Assembly (NCBI RefSeq): GCF_009914755.1
Contig: NC_060927.1
Source: the human T2T-CHM13v2.0 reference genome, Homo sapiens
Direction: 5' to 3' (one strand)
Length of the DNA: 64,000 nucleotides
The first letter of the stretch is position 1; every line of letters starts with the position of its first letter. The notes under the pieces are model-generated. The model ran no database searches, had not been told where the DNA came from, and worked only from the letters and a program-made list of their open reading frames with translations. Shown here one piece after another: positions 1 to 13,644 of the stretch. A program made the position numbers and the translations under genes.

Positions 1-1123
1 ATTATAGAATATAACATCAAGAAAACTCTTCCAGATATTGGCTTAGGCAAAGAATTCATGACCAAGAACCCAAATGCAAATGCAACAAAAACAAAAATAA
101 ATAAATGAGACCTAATTAAACTAAAAATCTTCTGCACGGCAAAATAAATAATCAGCAGAGTAAAGAGACAACTCACCAGGTGGGAGAAAATATTCACAAA
201 CTATGCATCTGACAAAAGACTAATTTTCAGGATCTACAAGGAACTCAAACAAATCATCAAGACAAAAACAATTCTATCCAAAAGTAGGCAAAAGACATAA
301 TCAGACAATTCTCAAAAGAAGATTTACAAATGGCCAAGAAACATAGAAAAAAAATGCTCAACATCACTAATTATCAGGGAAATACAAATTAAAACCACAA
401 TGGGATGCCACCTTACTCCTGCAAGAATTATCATAATTTAAAAATCAAAAAAATAATAGATGTTGGCATGGATGTGGTGAAAAGGGAACACTTTTACACT
501 GTTGGTGGGAATATAAACTAGTATAACCATTATGAAAACCAGTATGGAAATTCCTTAAAGATCCAAAAGTAGAACTACTATTGGATTCAGCAATCTCACT
601 ACTAGGTACCTACCCAAAGGAAAAGAAATTACTATATGAAAAAGACACTTACACATACCACATGTTTGTAGCAGCACAATTCGCAACGGCAAAAATGTGA
701 AACCAACCTAAATGCCTGCCAACCAAAGAACAGATAAAGAAAATGTGGTATATCTACACCATGGAATACTAGTCAGCCATAAAAAGGAATGAAATAATGG
801 CCTTTGCAGCAACCTGGATGGAGTTGGAGACCATTATTCTAAGTGAAGTAACTCAGGAATGGAAAATCAAGTATTGTATGTTCTCACTTATAAGTAGGAC
901 CTAAGCTGTGAGGACATAAAGGCATAAGAATGATATAATGGACTTCAGGGAATCAAGGAGATGGGTGGGAAGAGGGTGAGGAATACAAGACTACACACTG
1001 GGTACAGTGTACACTGCTTGGGTGACAGGTGCACCAAACTCTCAGAAATCACCACTAAAGAACTTACACATGGAACCAAAAACCACCTGTTCCCCAAAAA
1101 CTACTGAAATAAAATAAAATAAA
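1..1123 (+). mobile_element. LINE-1 3' end (L1PB-like), continues left of window
   Basis: ORF2 C-terminal sequence, 3' UTR ending ...ccacctgttccccaaaaactactgaaataaaa and A-rich tail. Confidence 0.92.
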
Positions 1124-1397
1124 CTGGTCAAAATTAAGTTCAAACAAACCACTAAGTTCACATGGTCGCAATAAGTATTTACTTAAGCACATATTGCCTG
1201 GCTCACTCAAAAATAAATTTAAGTTGTTGTCCAGGCTCTTACTTTTGAGTTTGAGTATCTAATTTTCCTAAGTGTTTGAATATGTCTTGACTTCTGTTGA
1301 GTCCTTAATGTCTGCAAATTTTAAGAATAAAGAAGGATGGCATTACGGAAATTTGAGTTCCTCACAGTAACTCAACTGTTCTACATATTTACAGTCA

Positions 1398-1541
<144 letters not shown>

Positions 1542-2579
1542 TTACCTTTAACAGTTTTTTTTTTAATCTAGTTCTGAATTTTTTGACACAATTTTAAAGT
1601 TACATTACATTTCTATTAACAATTCTTAAAATTTCAATGGTAAGCTTAAGAGACTGGACCATAGCGAAATGCTGTAAAGAAACAAGATTTAAGTTAAGGT
1701 ATACAGGAGAAATAAAGTTACCTTTATCAGTTATTTTTCACTTTTTAGAACAGAAAGGTTACAAATCTTCGCAAATATACACAGAATCTTTACAAAAATT
1801 TGATATATTTCAGCTTGCATAAATCAAACCATGATGCAACAAAAATAGAAATTAGTACAAAAATTTAGACAAACATCTCATAAAGGGCAATTGAATTTCT
1901 CTTAAATAATGAATACACATAACACTACTAACAAAGCTGCATAAAATCTGTTCAGAGCCACTCTCAGGGAAAAAAAAAAGTTCTAACTATTTTCACTACT
2001 GAGCAAGAAAGAATAGAAAAATGAACTAGGATTCTCATATCTGGAAATTTGGGGGCAAAATATTTAGAAAGGCTAGATAAACTAGAACAGAATTCTTTTA
2101 AAATGTAAAGCTGAACTGGCATAAAAGTAAGAAAAAAATTGGGGGTCTGAAAATTGAGAGATCAAAAAGATAGACTAGTAAATTAGCCCAAAGCCATGGC
2201 TGGTCTTAGAACATTTACTAATCTCTGTAAACTAGAATCTCAGTTTTTAGTAAATGTAAGGGGGTAATGGGAAATAAGGCCTACGCAAAGACAGGAGAGG
2301 CACAGATGTCTTTGCAAGAATATGGGACTATCCAAAGGTGGCCAACAGAAGGGTAAAGAAAAAAACCCGAATCTGTCTGTTGGTAATGGAAGACAACCAG
2401 AAAATTGTCTCAATCCAGACTATGAGTAAAAAGCCAGTCTTCCCTGATCATTTGTGACTTCAGGCTTACTTTGATGAGGGTTTGGGGTTTGACTTTACTC
2501 CACCAGCACAGATAAAAATATGTAGCCCTAGAAGTCAACCTAAAAATTAATCAAGTTGTTCTGGGATGCTGGGAAGAAA

Positions 2580-3465
2580 TTAGTCTTTTAGTAATCATAT
2601 ATGTCATAGTAGTATTAATACCACTATTCTGAGACTGTAGTGTGTGTATGTGTGTTGTGAGATAAAGAAAATGAGTAATTGTGGAAATTTTAAATTCTAT
2701 CATCTTTGCCTTTGAGAATAAGGTTTCTCAGTGTGGAAAGGGGGAGATATAGATGTTAAGTGAAAACTTTGTAGTCCTGAATTTGAGTAATCAGTATGCA
2801 AATTTCCACTTATATATTTCCTTGTAGTCCTGAATTTTAAGCAACTCTGTCCACTAGAAAGGCTTAGAAACAATGACAATGAGCATTCTAGACTGTGGTC
2901 TTGGAAACCGTTTCCCACAAAGAAACAAACAGTTTTTAGAGAAATAGCTGATTACAGAACTAGGGCAGGAAGGGTACAACCTAAACTTGGAACATCGTGG
3001 CATTTCAGAGAACAAGAAAGTTGTCAAATGGAAAGACCTTATGTATTTGAATCCTGATTTGAAAACAAACAAACAAAAAGCTTCAACAGAAACAAATAAG
3101 CAAATGAAACACAGAATTAATAAATAAACATTTTTCTTTTAAATTAAAGGCTCAGACCAATTTGAAAATAGACTCGGTATTTGATGAATTTAAAGAACTC
3201 ACATTAAACTTTTTGGTGTACTAATGGAATTGTGGTTATGTTTAAAAAGAGATGTGTTCTAAAATATTTATGAATCAAATGATGTGATGTCTGTGGTTTG
3301 CTCCATAAAAAAAAATCTGGTGGCAGAGTTGAGTAAGGGCGTATATGGCTTAGAACAAGCACATTCTTAAGTCAATAAATGTTGTGCTAGGTGATGGGTA
3401 TTTTAGGTTAATTCTAGTACACTCTTATGCATGTTTGAGATTTTCTGTAATAAAAAGTAAAACAA
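2580..3465 (+). mobile_element. Old L1M (L1MC/ME-like) 3' fragments
   Basis: Degenerate L1M 3' UTR motifs ending ...ttttctgtaataaaaagt; boundaries approximate. Confidence 0.55.
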
Positions 3466-4347
3466 GACAAAACAAAAGGATATAGTGGATTGTTCAAAAC
3501 GATGATTTCTAATGTAAGCTTAAATCTAAAATCACAAAGACTGACATCCAAATTGCAGGTATTGATAGCAATCAAGATGCATATTACAGAGAGGATGCTA
3601 CATCACACACTCCTGAGTAGCAGAAGCAATACAGTTTGTGTAACAACAGGGAACAACTTTCCCAGCAGATGCTAAGAAGGCTAATTGGTATCAAGGTACA
3701 TTTTGGATGAATTATGAGAGTCCAGAGGAAAAATAAAAGAAAGCCATAAAACAATTAGGAAAACCAAAGGAGAATATTTAGTTACTTGATTTGGGGATTG
3801 AGAAATGCCTTTAGTTCATAAGTACAATTAAAAAAAAGCCAAAAATAACAAGATTGGGAGTTTGACTCTGAAAAATACTAATGTCTATAAGTTAAATATG
3901 TTATTACAAAAATATAAGATGCATGTCACAAATTGGACTTATATAAAAATGCAATCTCAGACTTAAAAATAGACAAATGATATAAATAAAAAACTCTTAA
4001 AGGAGAAATACTTGTGGCCATCAACCTGTGAAAAAGTGTGTAACCTCACTAATGATCAAATAAATAAATATAAAACAATGAGATAATACTTTCCCCACCA
4101 GTCTAAAAAAGATAATAAATATATAACAATTAGAATGATGAGATCTCAGTAACCATGCATTTTCATATTCTGCAGAATAAGGGTACCTAGCACAGCATTT
4201 CTGGAAGGTATTTTGACAATATGTCTTCAATGCTTTTAATATTGTAATTCTAGGAATTTATGCTGAAGAAATAATCAGAGATACACAGAATTTTAAAAAT
4301 GGTCATAATTGTTTTAGAAGAGCAAGAAATTTAAAAACAACCTATAA

Positions 4348-4774
<427 letters not shown>

Positions 4775-5511
4775 TGACATAAGCTTATAACTAATGAGGT
4801 CAAAACTACAAAATTAAAAATATAAGGTAATCCTAACTGTGTAAAAGTAATACGAAGTGACTGGAATGGATTATATCAAAATCATAAGAGGCATGGTCTA
4901 AAGTGGTTATCATTTGGTGGCCACCTTTGGGTGATTTAAATTTTCTTTTTATCTTGATTTTCCACATTCACTACAAAGCTCCTGTGGATTTTAGAATCAG
5001 CAAAATAAACATGTGTTTATTACAATGCATAGGGAAGAAAACCTCCCTAGCCCTGCCTCTTCCCCAATCATCTTCTTTCCGAGTAGGGTGGATAGATCTG
5101 CTGAGGCTTGGGTGCTGGGGGCCAGGACACACTGGCAGGAAAAGGAGAGTATATTAGTTTTATAGTGGATAATAAAGTGCATTTGAAAGGTTATTAAAAT
5201 ATGACCCTAGTGTCATATTTAATAAATACTAATCCTGGTGGTTGTTGTTCTATTAGGGTTCAGTTATTAATGGGTTTCATCTCAATAGTAGCAATGTCCA
5301 TTGATTAAGAAGGTAAAAGAGAATAAAAGTAATGACTTAATTAAACCCAGATGTTTTCAGTCTTCTTTCAGCCTCATCTTTGAGGATCATCTCCAGGCAG
5401 ACATGGGAGGCTCCCTCCTTGTTATTGTGCAGATCATAAAGGCTACTTTGTATAACATTCTAGGCCAGAATTATGTTTTGTTAATGCATTTGGAGGACAG
5501 AGATAAAATTA

Positions 5512-5679
<168 letters not shown>

Positions 5680-7907
5680 TTAGAAATTTTTTTAATAAGA
5701 GAAAAAAACAATTACTGGAGAAAAATATAAGCATTCTAACTACCTTATCTAGAAGACCAAGGTGTTTCTTAGCAGCAACATTGACTACATAGCCTCTTCC
5801 TAACAGCCATAGCCCCTGTTGGGAGCCTGTCTTTCAGTTTTTGCAGCTCAGCTTGAGTGATGGCATGTGGCGGGGACCTGGGGTGATGGAAAATCGGGCT
5901 TTTTATTCTAAGCAAAGGAGAATCATTGAGGGACTGTAAGGGAGATGAGTGGTATGATCACATTTGTCTTTTTAAAAAGTCATCCATATGGAATGTCCAT
6001 ATGGGTATGTAACTGGAGGGAACCTGACTGGAGGTGAGGCCACCAGAGGAGGGGCACGTTCACCTTGGGCAGAGGTGACTAAACTACTAAGTGTTGTTGA
6101 ACTACTATGACCCCCATATAGAGCCCACTGCTTTACTTAATATGTGGTAATGTCCTTTCACTCTTAACTTCCTAGTGCCTAGCATACCTTCTGATATGTA
6201 GATTTTTGATACACATGGAATAAATATCTAAATGAATGAATAAATGATCGAGCTCTAAAATGGACACAAATGGACTCCAACCAAGCTCTCCTAGTCTAAG
6301 ATACAACCCAAATCACCTAAGAGCCCTTTCATCCAAGTCCTTTGCATTGTTATTGGCTTCAAGCACTTTCAGGCAGGTGGCAAAAAGATTTCACTTTTTT
6401 TCCCTCTATCACATCAAAGATATAAGTGCTGATAGCTCTGACTAATGTTTAATGCATTTATGGTATTTGTTATTCAACACTCACAATGTAGACTAGTGTA
6501 ATGAAGGTAATTATTTGAAAACATTATTTCTCTCTTTTGCTATGAAGACTACCTGACTTTAGTCCAAGTTTGCTTGAGGCATCCATTTATTTGAACAAAA
6601 GGTAGACATTAGTACAGAAACAACGTAATGGAAAGAATATTTAGCATTAGACATTTAAAATAAAATTGCCAAGTGGGCTAATAGTCTTGCATGTTAGGTT
6701 ACTGCTTTGAGATATAGGAATGTCTGTACTCCTTCATGTCCCTCTTTGTTAAATCAAAGGTTTGAAGGTGGAGAGTTTTATTGGAGGGAGATTTAGACAA
6801 GAAGATGAAATTATCAAAGCTCACCCAATTTGTTCATAGGAAATGTAGGAAAAATAAACAGAGACAGAAAATCAGAGCTGCAAGATGTGTGTCCTGATTA
6901 TCCCTCTTTGGGTCTGGAAAGGGGGGTTGGAATGCAGTAAATTGAGGGAAACATGGAAGGCAAAGAGGGTATTCTTGCTTTACTTCTGCATTTCCTGGAA
7001 GGAATTACTACTGGGAAGGCCTGAGATATATCAGGAAGGCAGGCTGACTTAAGAGATTTGAGTAACATAATTGAACAGAGAGAAGTCTCTTGAACCTCTC
7101 AGTTCTCATGTGGCTTGGACACGGAGTTGATAGCCATGGGCCTGTCATGTTGGGCCTTGCAGCAAGGGATGGGAGTAGACTGCCAGGGACCATGGGGAGG
7201 ATATGGCAGAGTACCAGTATTTAAGGCCAGGAGGAGATGACGGGGAAAACGCTCACAGTTTCAACAACCACAACTTCAATATTTGAGGCCAGCAGAGTGC
7301 TGGGTGACTATATAGACAAGAGTCATCAAGCTAGAAGCCAGCATACAACAACCAGTACATATCAGGACCGGCATCAAAACAGGCACCCCTCCACACACTT
7401 CCACCCACCTGTCACTCACTCTTGGAGCATTTGCAAGCCACACACCTTGTCTACTACACATCTGCAAAACCTTTCCTCCCCACTCCCCATCTCCACCTCC
7501 GCACAGATGGATGTCAAAGCCAAACTAGAGTGAAGGTCATGTACTCGAAAAGACGAAAGAAATGAGTACATTAGTATTTTTAAAATATTTCCTTTGCTAT
7601 AAATTGTAATTATAAAATTATGTTGTATATATAATTATAAAATTACATTGTATATATAAATATTACAATGTAAACTATAATTGTTATAAACAGTTAAGTA
7701 TCTACTGTTACCTTTGTCTTTCCAGAAAGTTGACTTTATTGACACACCCAGAATTAAGCAAACTCAGATTTGTTGCTATGCATCATCTGTATATTAACTT
7801 ATAATGACAATCTGTGAATTTATAATGACAACTGGAATGGCCATAAAGATTAATTCTTATCCCTCGGTGCTGCTATAACACTAATCAAACCACTTCTACT
7901 GCTACTA

Positions 7908-8148
7908 CAGGCTGAGTATCCCTAATCTGAAAATCCGAAGTCTCAAGTGCTCCAAAATCTGAAACTTTTTGAATGCTGACATAACATGCAAAGGTCATGC
8001 TTAAAGGAAATGCTCACTGTGGCGTTTTGGATTTTCAGATCACGGATGCTCAACTGTAAGTATTATGCAAATATTCCCAAATCTTACAAACTCCAAAATC
8101 CGAAACACTTCTGGTCCCAAGCATTTCAGATAAGGGATACTCAGTCTG
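7908..8148. mobile_element. Tigger4a/Zombi-like TcMar MITE
   Basis: TIRs caggctgagtatccctaatctgaaa / tttcagataagggatactcagtctg with TA target duplication. Confidence 0.9.
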
Positions 8149-8908
8149 TACCAGCTCACAGGTACTGAATACTTTTTAGGTGTTAGGCATCAACTCTGCA
8201 GACTCCCAAATAGGTCGAAACACACACATGTGCTATAATAGGAAACAATAATTTCTGCCATTGACTCCATTCTTGAGCCAACCATCTGCTTACTCTATGG
8301 CTTTGGGAAACTCTTTCTTTTTATCCCTCAACTTTCCAAGCTGGAAAATAGAAACTAGGCTAGATTACTGAGTGCAATTCCAACTTTGGGAATCTGTGAT
8401 TATCTTTTCTTTAACTAAAATTCAACAGCTGGTCATCACTAGAAACTCTAAAATTCAACAGTTGGCCATCACTAGGGAGTCTGGAGCCATGCGAGGGTCT
8501 CCCTTGCAAATTTAGTGCAGTCTTAAGGTTTCCCACAATCTAAAACAGATACTCTTTGAAATTTGGTTTCTGACTATCCAACCATTTGGAGAAGAGGGAA
8601 GAAGAAAATCAAGGCATCCTGTGATTCTGCCACTTCTGGCTCCATCTCCTGTATGAGTGGTTTTTCCTTGGCCACCATGGAGAAAGAAGACTGGACTTCA
8701 GAGAATACTGGGGTATCAGATACTCACTAGAGGATGCATAAGAATCCTTTGTATTAGGCAGTGGTATCTCATAGTGTTTTGTTCCAAAGAAAACAAGGCA
8801 GAGAACCCCAGCTGCTGGAACTATGACGCCAGTTCTGGACTGTCCATGTAGTCATGATATCTCTGACTTGACCATAACACTCCAGAACATGGTAGAACAC
8901 TGACTCAC

Positions 8909-8962
8909 CTCTGTGGAATCAACAGCTGCATATATAATATCCATCCAGCCCTTAAATGTTGC
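8909..8962 (-). CDS. SCN11A: Coding exon 22 (54 nt): DIII selectivity filter, ATFKGWMDIIYAAVDSTE
   Basis: ttgcag|GCA acceptor, GAG|gtgagt donor; filter Lys in FKGW. Confidence 0.97.
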
Positions 8963-9493
8963 CTGCAACAAAAGCAGAAAAACATGAATAATACAAATGT
9001 AGACTTGCCATCAACAGATACATGGCATGGAAAAGCAGGTGAGGCCCAGTGGGCTGAATATATAAGATGATACCCCAACCTTCTAGGACAGGATGCTCAA
9101 ATAAAAGAACAGTAGAAGGGAACTCAAGGGTGTGTGTCTTGGATTTTTTTCTTCTTCTTCATTTGTACAAGATACAAAGTTTAAAAACAAGAAATTTCCA
9201 CCTTAAAAGTTACCAGAGAGGCTGAAGCTGTGGCCCAACAGCTGAAAAGAGACTGGCTAAGAGTTAAAGGGTTCTTTTCTGATGCCATATGTATTTGCAC
9301 TGCCTGTTCAAGACCTGGCAACTGTGCTTTAAACAGGGAACTGTTCAAAGTGTCATGACCTACACCTGAGGCTCCACTCCTCTCTGCCTGGAGATGTGGA
9401 GAGCCAGCAAGGTGCCATACAGGACAAGGTGAGATGTACAGATCCTTAAAGGGGCATCACTAGGAAGCTGAGGCTCAGCAGTCAATGAAGTTG

Positions 9494-9582
9494 CAGATGC
9501 TCAGTAGAGGACAATTCCAGAAGGCATTGGCTTTCATATAAGGAATTAGGATTTGCTTCTATTATCACAATGGAGTCACTGC
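9494..9582 (+). repeat. 89-bp dispersed direct repeat, copy 1
   Basis: 84/89 ungapped identity with 11330..11418. Confidence 0.95.
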
Positions 9583-9608
9583 ATTTTTATTAGCTGAGAA
9601 ACAATTCA

Positions 9609-9983
<375 letters not shown>

Positions 9984-10278
9984 TCAACTTCTCAGCATGG
10001 GCCTGATGTGCAGGGCTTGATCTCTTGGAGCTCTGTCCTTAATCTCCACATACATGTGCCCCATCCCCATGACAAGCCCTGCTCTCAGCTCCCTACATAA
10101 TGGGTCCTCTCTGTTGCCACTGAGGATACCTTGAGAAGTGCCCTGGTGATGACAGTGTTAGAGACTTATGGACACCTACCCCAGGATTCTGAGGCAAAGC
10201 TACAGCTCATCTTGGCTGTCACAGAAGCTTTTAGGGTAGAAAGTATATCTTAGGCTTTTCTCTACCCCTCAAATTCTA

Positions 10279-10584
<306 letters not shown>

Positions 10585-10639
10585 CTACCAAAGCTACAGT
10601 CCATAAACGTGGGAACAATGCACTCACGTTATTTGTTTA

Positions 10640-11165
10640 GTGAAAGACATAGAAAATCCGAGAAATTGTTGTGAATTAAAGGAAAGCAAAGAGATATAAC
10701 AATCACATGTAATCTGGGGTGCTGAATTGGATCCTGGATTGGAGTGGGGGTAGGAGGTGGATGCATAAAGGGAATTAACCATAAAGAATCTTGTTATGGC
10801 AGTCAATTGAAATTTATTATGATAGTCAATTGCCATAACAAAGATCTTTATGGTGAATTTGAAAAATTTGAAAATGGATGTGGATTTTAATTGAATCAAT
10901 GTTAAATTTCTAACTTTGATCACTGTATTGTAATCATGTGAGACATTGTCCTTGATAGGAAATATACATTGACATGTTTAGGGGTAATAGGTTTGATGCT
11001 TGCAACTTAATCTCAAGCAGTTTAGGGGGAAAAAAAGAGAGAAAAAAATGACAAAGCAGATGGGTGACAATAATTGGTGAACCTGAAGAAAGAATATGTG
11101 GATTTCATTATACTATTTCCTGCAACATTTTTCTTAGTTTGAAATGATATCAAAATAAAAAGTTA
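10640..11165 (+). mobile_element. Old L1ME-like 3' fragment
   Basis: Degenerate L1ME 3' UTR ending ...caaaataaaaagtta; boundaries approximate. Confidence 0.6.
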
Positions 11166-11329
11166 CATGGAAAAAATAAATTATTTGCTAATATTTCCCC
11201 TAATCCAAATAGCTCCTTATTGGGGAATTAAATGCTATTTTCTCTCCCAATATGCTTCTTCTCAATAGGACAGAACTGAGTATTAGAAAGCTCTGTTAAG
11301 TATACCAAATTAAATCTTAACAATATTTA

Positions 11330-11418
11330 CAGATGCTCAGTAGAGGACAATTCGAGAAGGTATTGGCTTTCATATGAGGAATTAGGATTTGCTTCTATTA
11401 TCACAATGGAATCAATGC
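11330..11418 (+). repeat. 89-bp dispersed direct repeat, copy 2
   Basis: 84/89 ungapped identity with 9494..9582. Confidence 0.95.
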
Positions 11419-12418
11419 TGAGCTTGAGTTGAATCTGCTTGCTGCAGATCTTCAGCCATTCTTATTATGGAGAGTTTTCAGAGGCTCAGCTTGGAAGAAG
11501 AGTTGCTCAGCTGGATAGGAAGTGAATCAGGATAGTCCTGACTAAGCTGATGTCAGAGTTCACTATTACCTAAAAACATTCCTCACAAATCTTGCCAACC
11601 TCATTGTAGTAGTGAAGAGAAATTGAGTTAATATGACAGAATATTAAGATTTTGAAATTTATAATCAATTTACAGTGTATTTATAATGTTTTTAGTGGGC
11701 TTTTTGTTTACAATGGCACCACTTTTGGAGAGTTATTTAAGTTATTAAGTTATTAAGTAGCTTTCTCGCAAATACTCCACTTATTCCTAGCCAGATGAAA
11801 ACAGATGGCAAAGTTTAGCAATTCTTCTGTTTTACCAAATCATTGTCATAGTTGGTGAGAAGGGATGTTCCTACAGAGACCTTATACACCTCTTTACCTT
11901 AAACCTTACCCAAGTTTCTGTTCCATCAGACTTGCAGGTATCAGTGAGACACATAGAAACACCCACATTCTTTCCCACCATACTGTACTCTTCAAGTGAG
12001 AAGTCTTCTACTAGTTTTATCTTATTTTTAAAATCTAACTTGCATTTATCACTCTGCACTGTTTTTGAAATCATCATGTTGATTATATTCTTATGGTTTG
12101 CTCCTTGTAACTGTTGAGGAATAGTACAGCATATAAATCTTCATGTTTTACGGATCCATTCCTCCTTGGTGAATACCTAGGTTATTTCCATTTCTTTCCT
12201 ATTATGCAAAACAGTACACTGGACAGTATTATGCACAACAGTACACTGGGCAGATGTGTGCATTTTTCTTGGGTACATATGCAAGAGTTCTCCTTGGATC
12301 TATAACAAGTGATATTTGTGGATTGTGAGTTGGGTCATTTGTGATTTTTACTTAATATAGTGCGAAATATTCCCTACAGTGGCTGTACCAATTAAATTAT
12401 TAGCAGTGGTTTGAGATC

Positions 12419-12534
12419 GCATTTTCCTATATCCTTCTAAATATCGATGTTATCCAACTTTAAAATTTTTGCCATGGCATTTTCCTATATCCTTCTAAAT
12501 ATCGATGTTATCCAACTTTAAAATTTTTGCCATG
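12419..12534 (+). repeat. Perfect 58-bp tandem duplication
   Basis: gcattttcctatatccttctaaatatcgatgttatccaactttaaaatttttgccatg twice with no mismatch. Confidence 0.97.
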
Positions 12535-12804
12535 GCTGGGCACAGTCGCTCAAGCCTGTAATCCCAGCACTTTGGGAGGCTGAGGCAGGCAGATAGCTTG
12601 AGCTCAGGAGTCTGAGACCAGCCTGGGCAACATGGTAAAACCCTGTCTCCATAAAAAATACAAAAATTAGCTGGGCATGGTGGTGGGCGCCTGTAGTCCC
12701 AGCTACTTAGGAGTCTGAGGCAAAAGGATCAATTGAGCTTGGGAGGCAGAGGTTGCCACTGCACTCAAGCCTGGATGACAGAGTGAGACCATGTTTCAAA
12801 ACAA
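12534..12804 (+). mobile_element. AluJ with ~20-nt internal deletion in right arm
   Basis: J-type gcttgagctcaggag and cctgggcaac; gaggttgc joins directly to cactgcactc. Confidence 0.9.
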
Positions 12805-13176
12805 TATATTTTGTTTTCCAATCTAATGAGTAAAAAGAGGCCTCTCATTTTAATATGCACTTCTGTGCTAACTGGTGATAGAACTAGTGTATATTTCATC
12901 ATACGTTTATTCCTTTTGTGAATTGGCTGTTTGTATACTTCTCCCATTCTTACTCTGGGTTGTTTTTTCCTGTGAATCTGTAGGAAATTTGTATATGTTG
13001 TGAATAATAATGATCTGTTGTGGAAAATACTGTCTCCCAGGTTCTAGTTGGTTTGTAACTGTAATTAGAGTATTGTTGAATACAAAAATAAAAGTTTTAC
13101 TACATTTTGATGTAGTTGAATTGTGTATCTTTTTGTGGTTTATGCTTTTCTAATAAAAATTATGATGGTAATTTTA

Positions 13177-13438
13177 TATAATCTTGATTGACAATAAATA
13201 TTATAGAACTGTTCACATACATTCTCTCATTTAATCTGTACAACAATATCCCAAGCTAAGCAGCACTTTGCAACATCTACCATATTATAGATGAGGAAAC
13301 CTGAAGCTCAAAGGATCAGCAACTTGTTTCAGGTCATACAGCTGATAAGTGGTGAATTTCAGATTCACACCACAGTCTGCATGATGTCAAGGCTAATAAT
13401 AGTAATAGTAAACCACATTTGTTGAGTGCTTTATCTGT
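13177..13438 (+). repeat. MIR-containing segment, arm A of an inverted duplication
   Basis: MIR core; aligns to the reverse complement of 17482..17743. Confidence 0.88.
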
Positions 13439-13644
13439 GATTTGCAAAGATATATAATTGTAAGATTATTTTCTTATTTGATTCATTTCTGTTCTATTCA
13501 TTTATTATCAATATTATGTTTATCTCATTAAATAAATTTGCAAGCTTTCCTTCTTTTGTCTATTCTTTGTAACAATTTGAATAAGATGAGATTAATTCTT
13601 CCTTGGAAGTTTGGTAAAACTTACCTGCAAAACCATCTGGGCCT

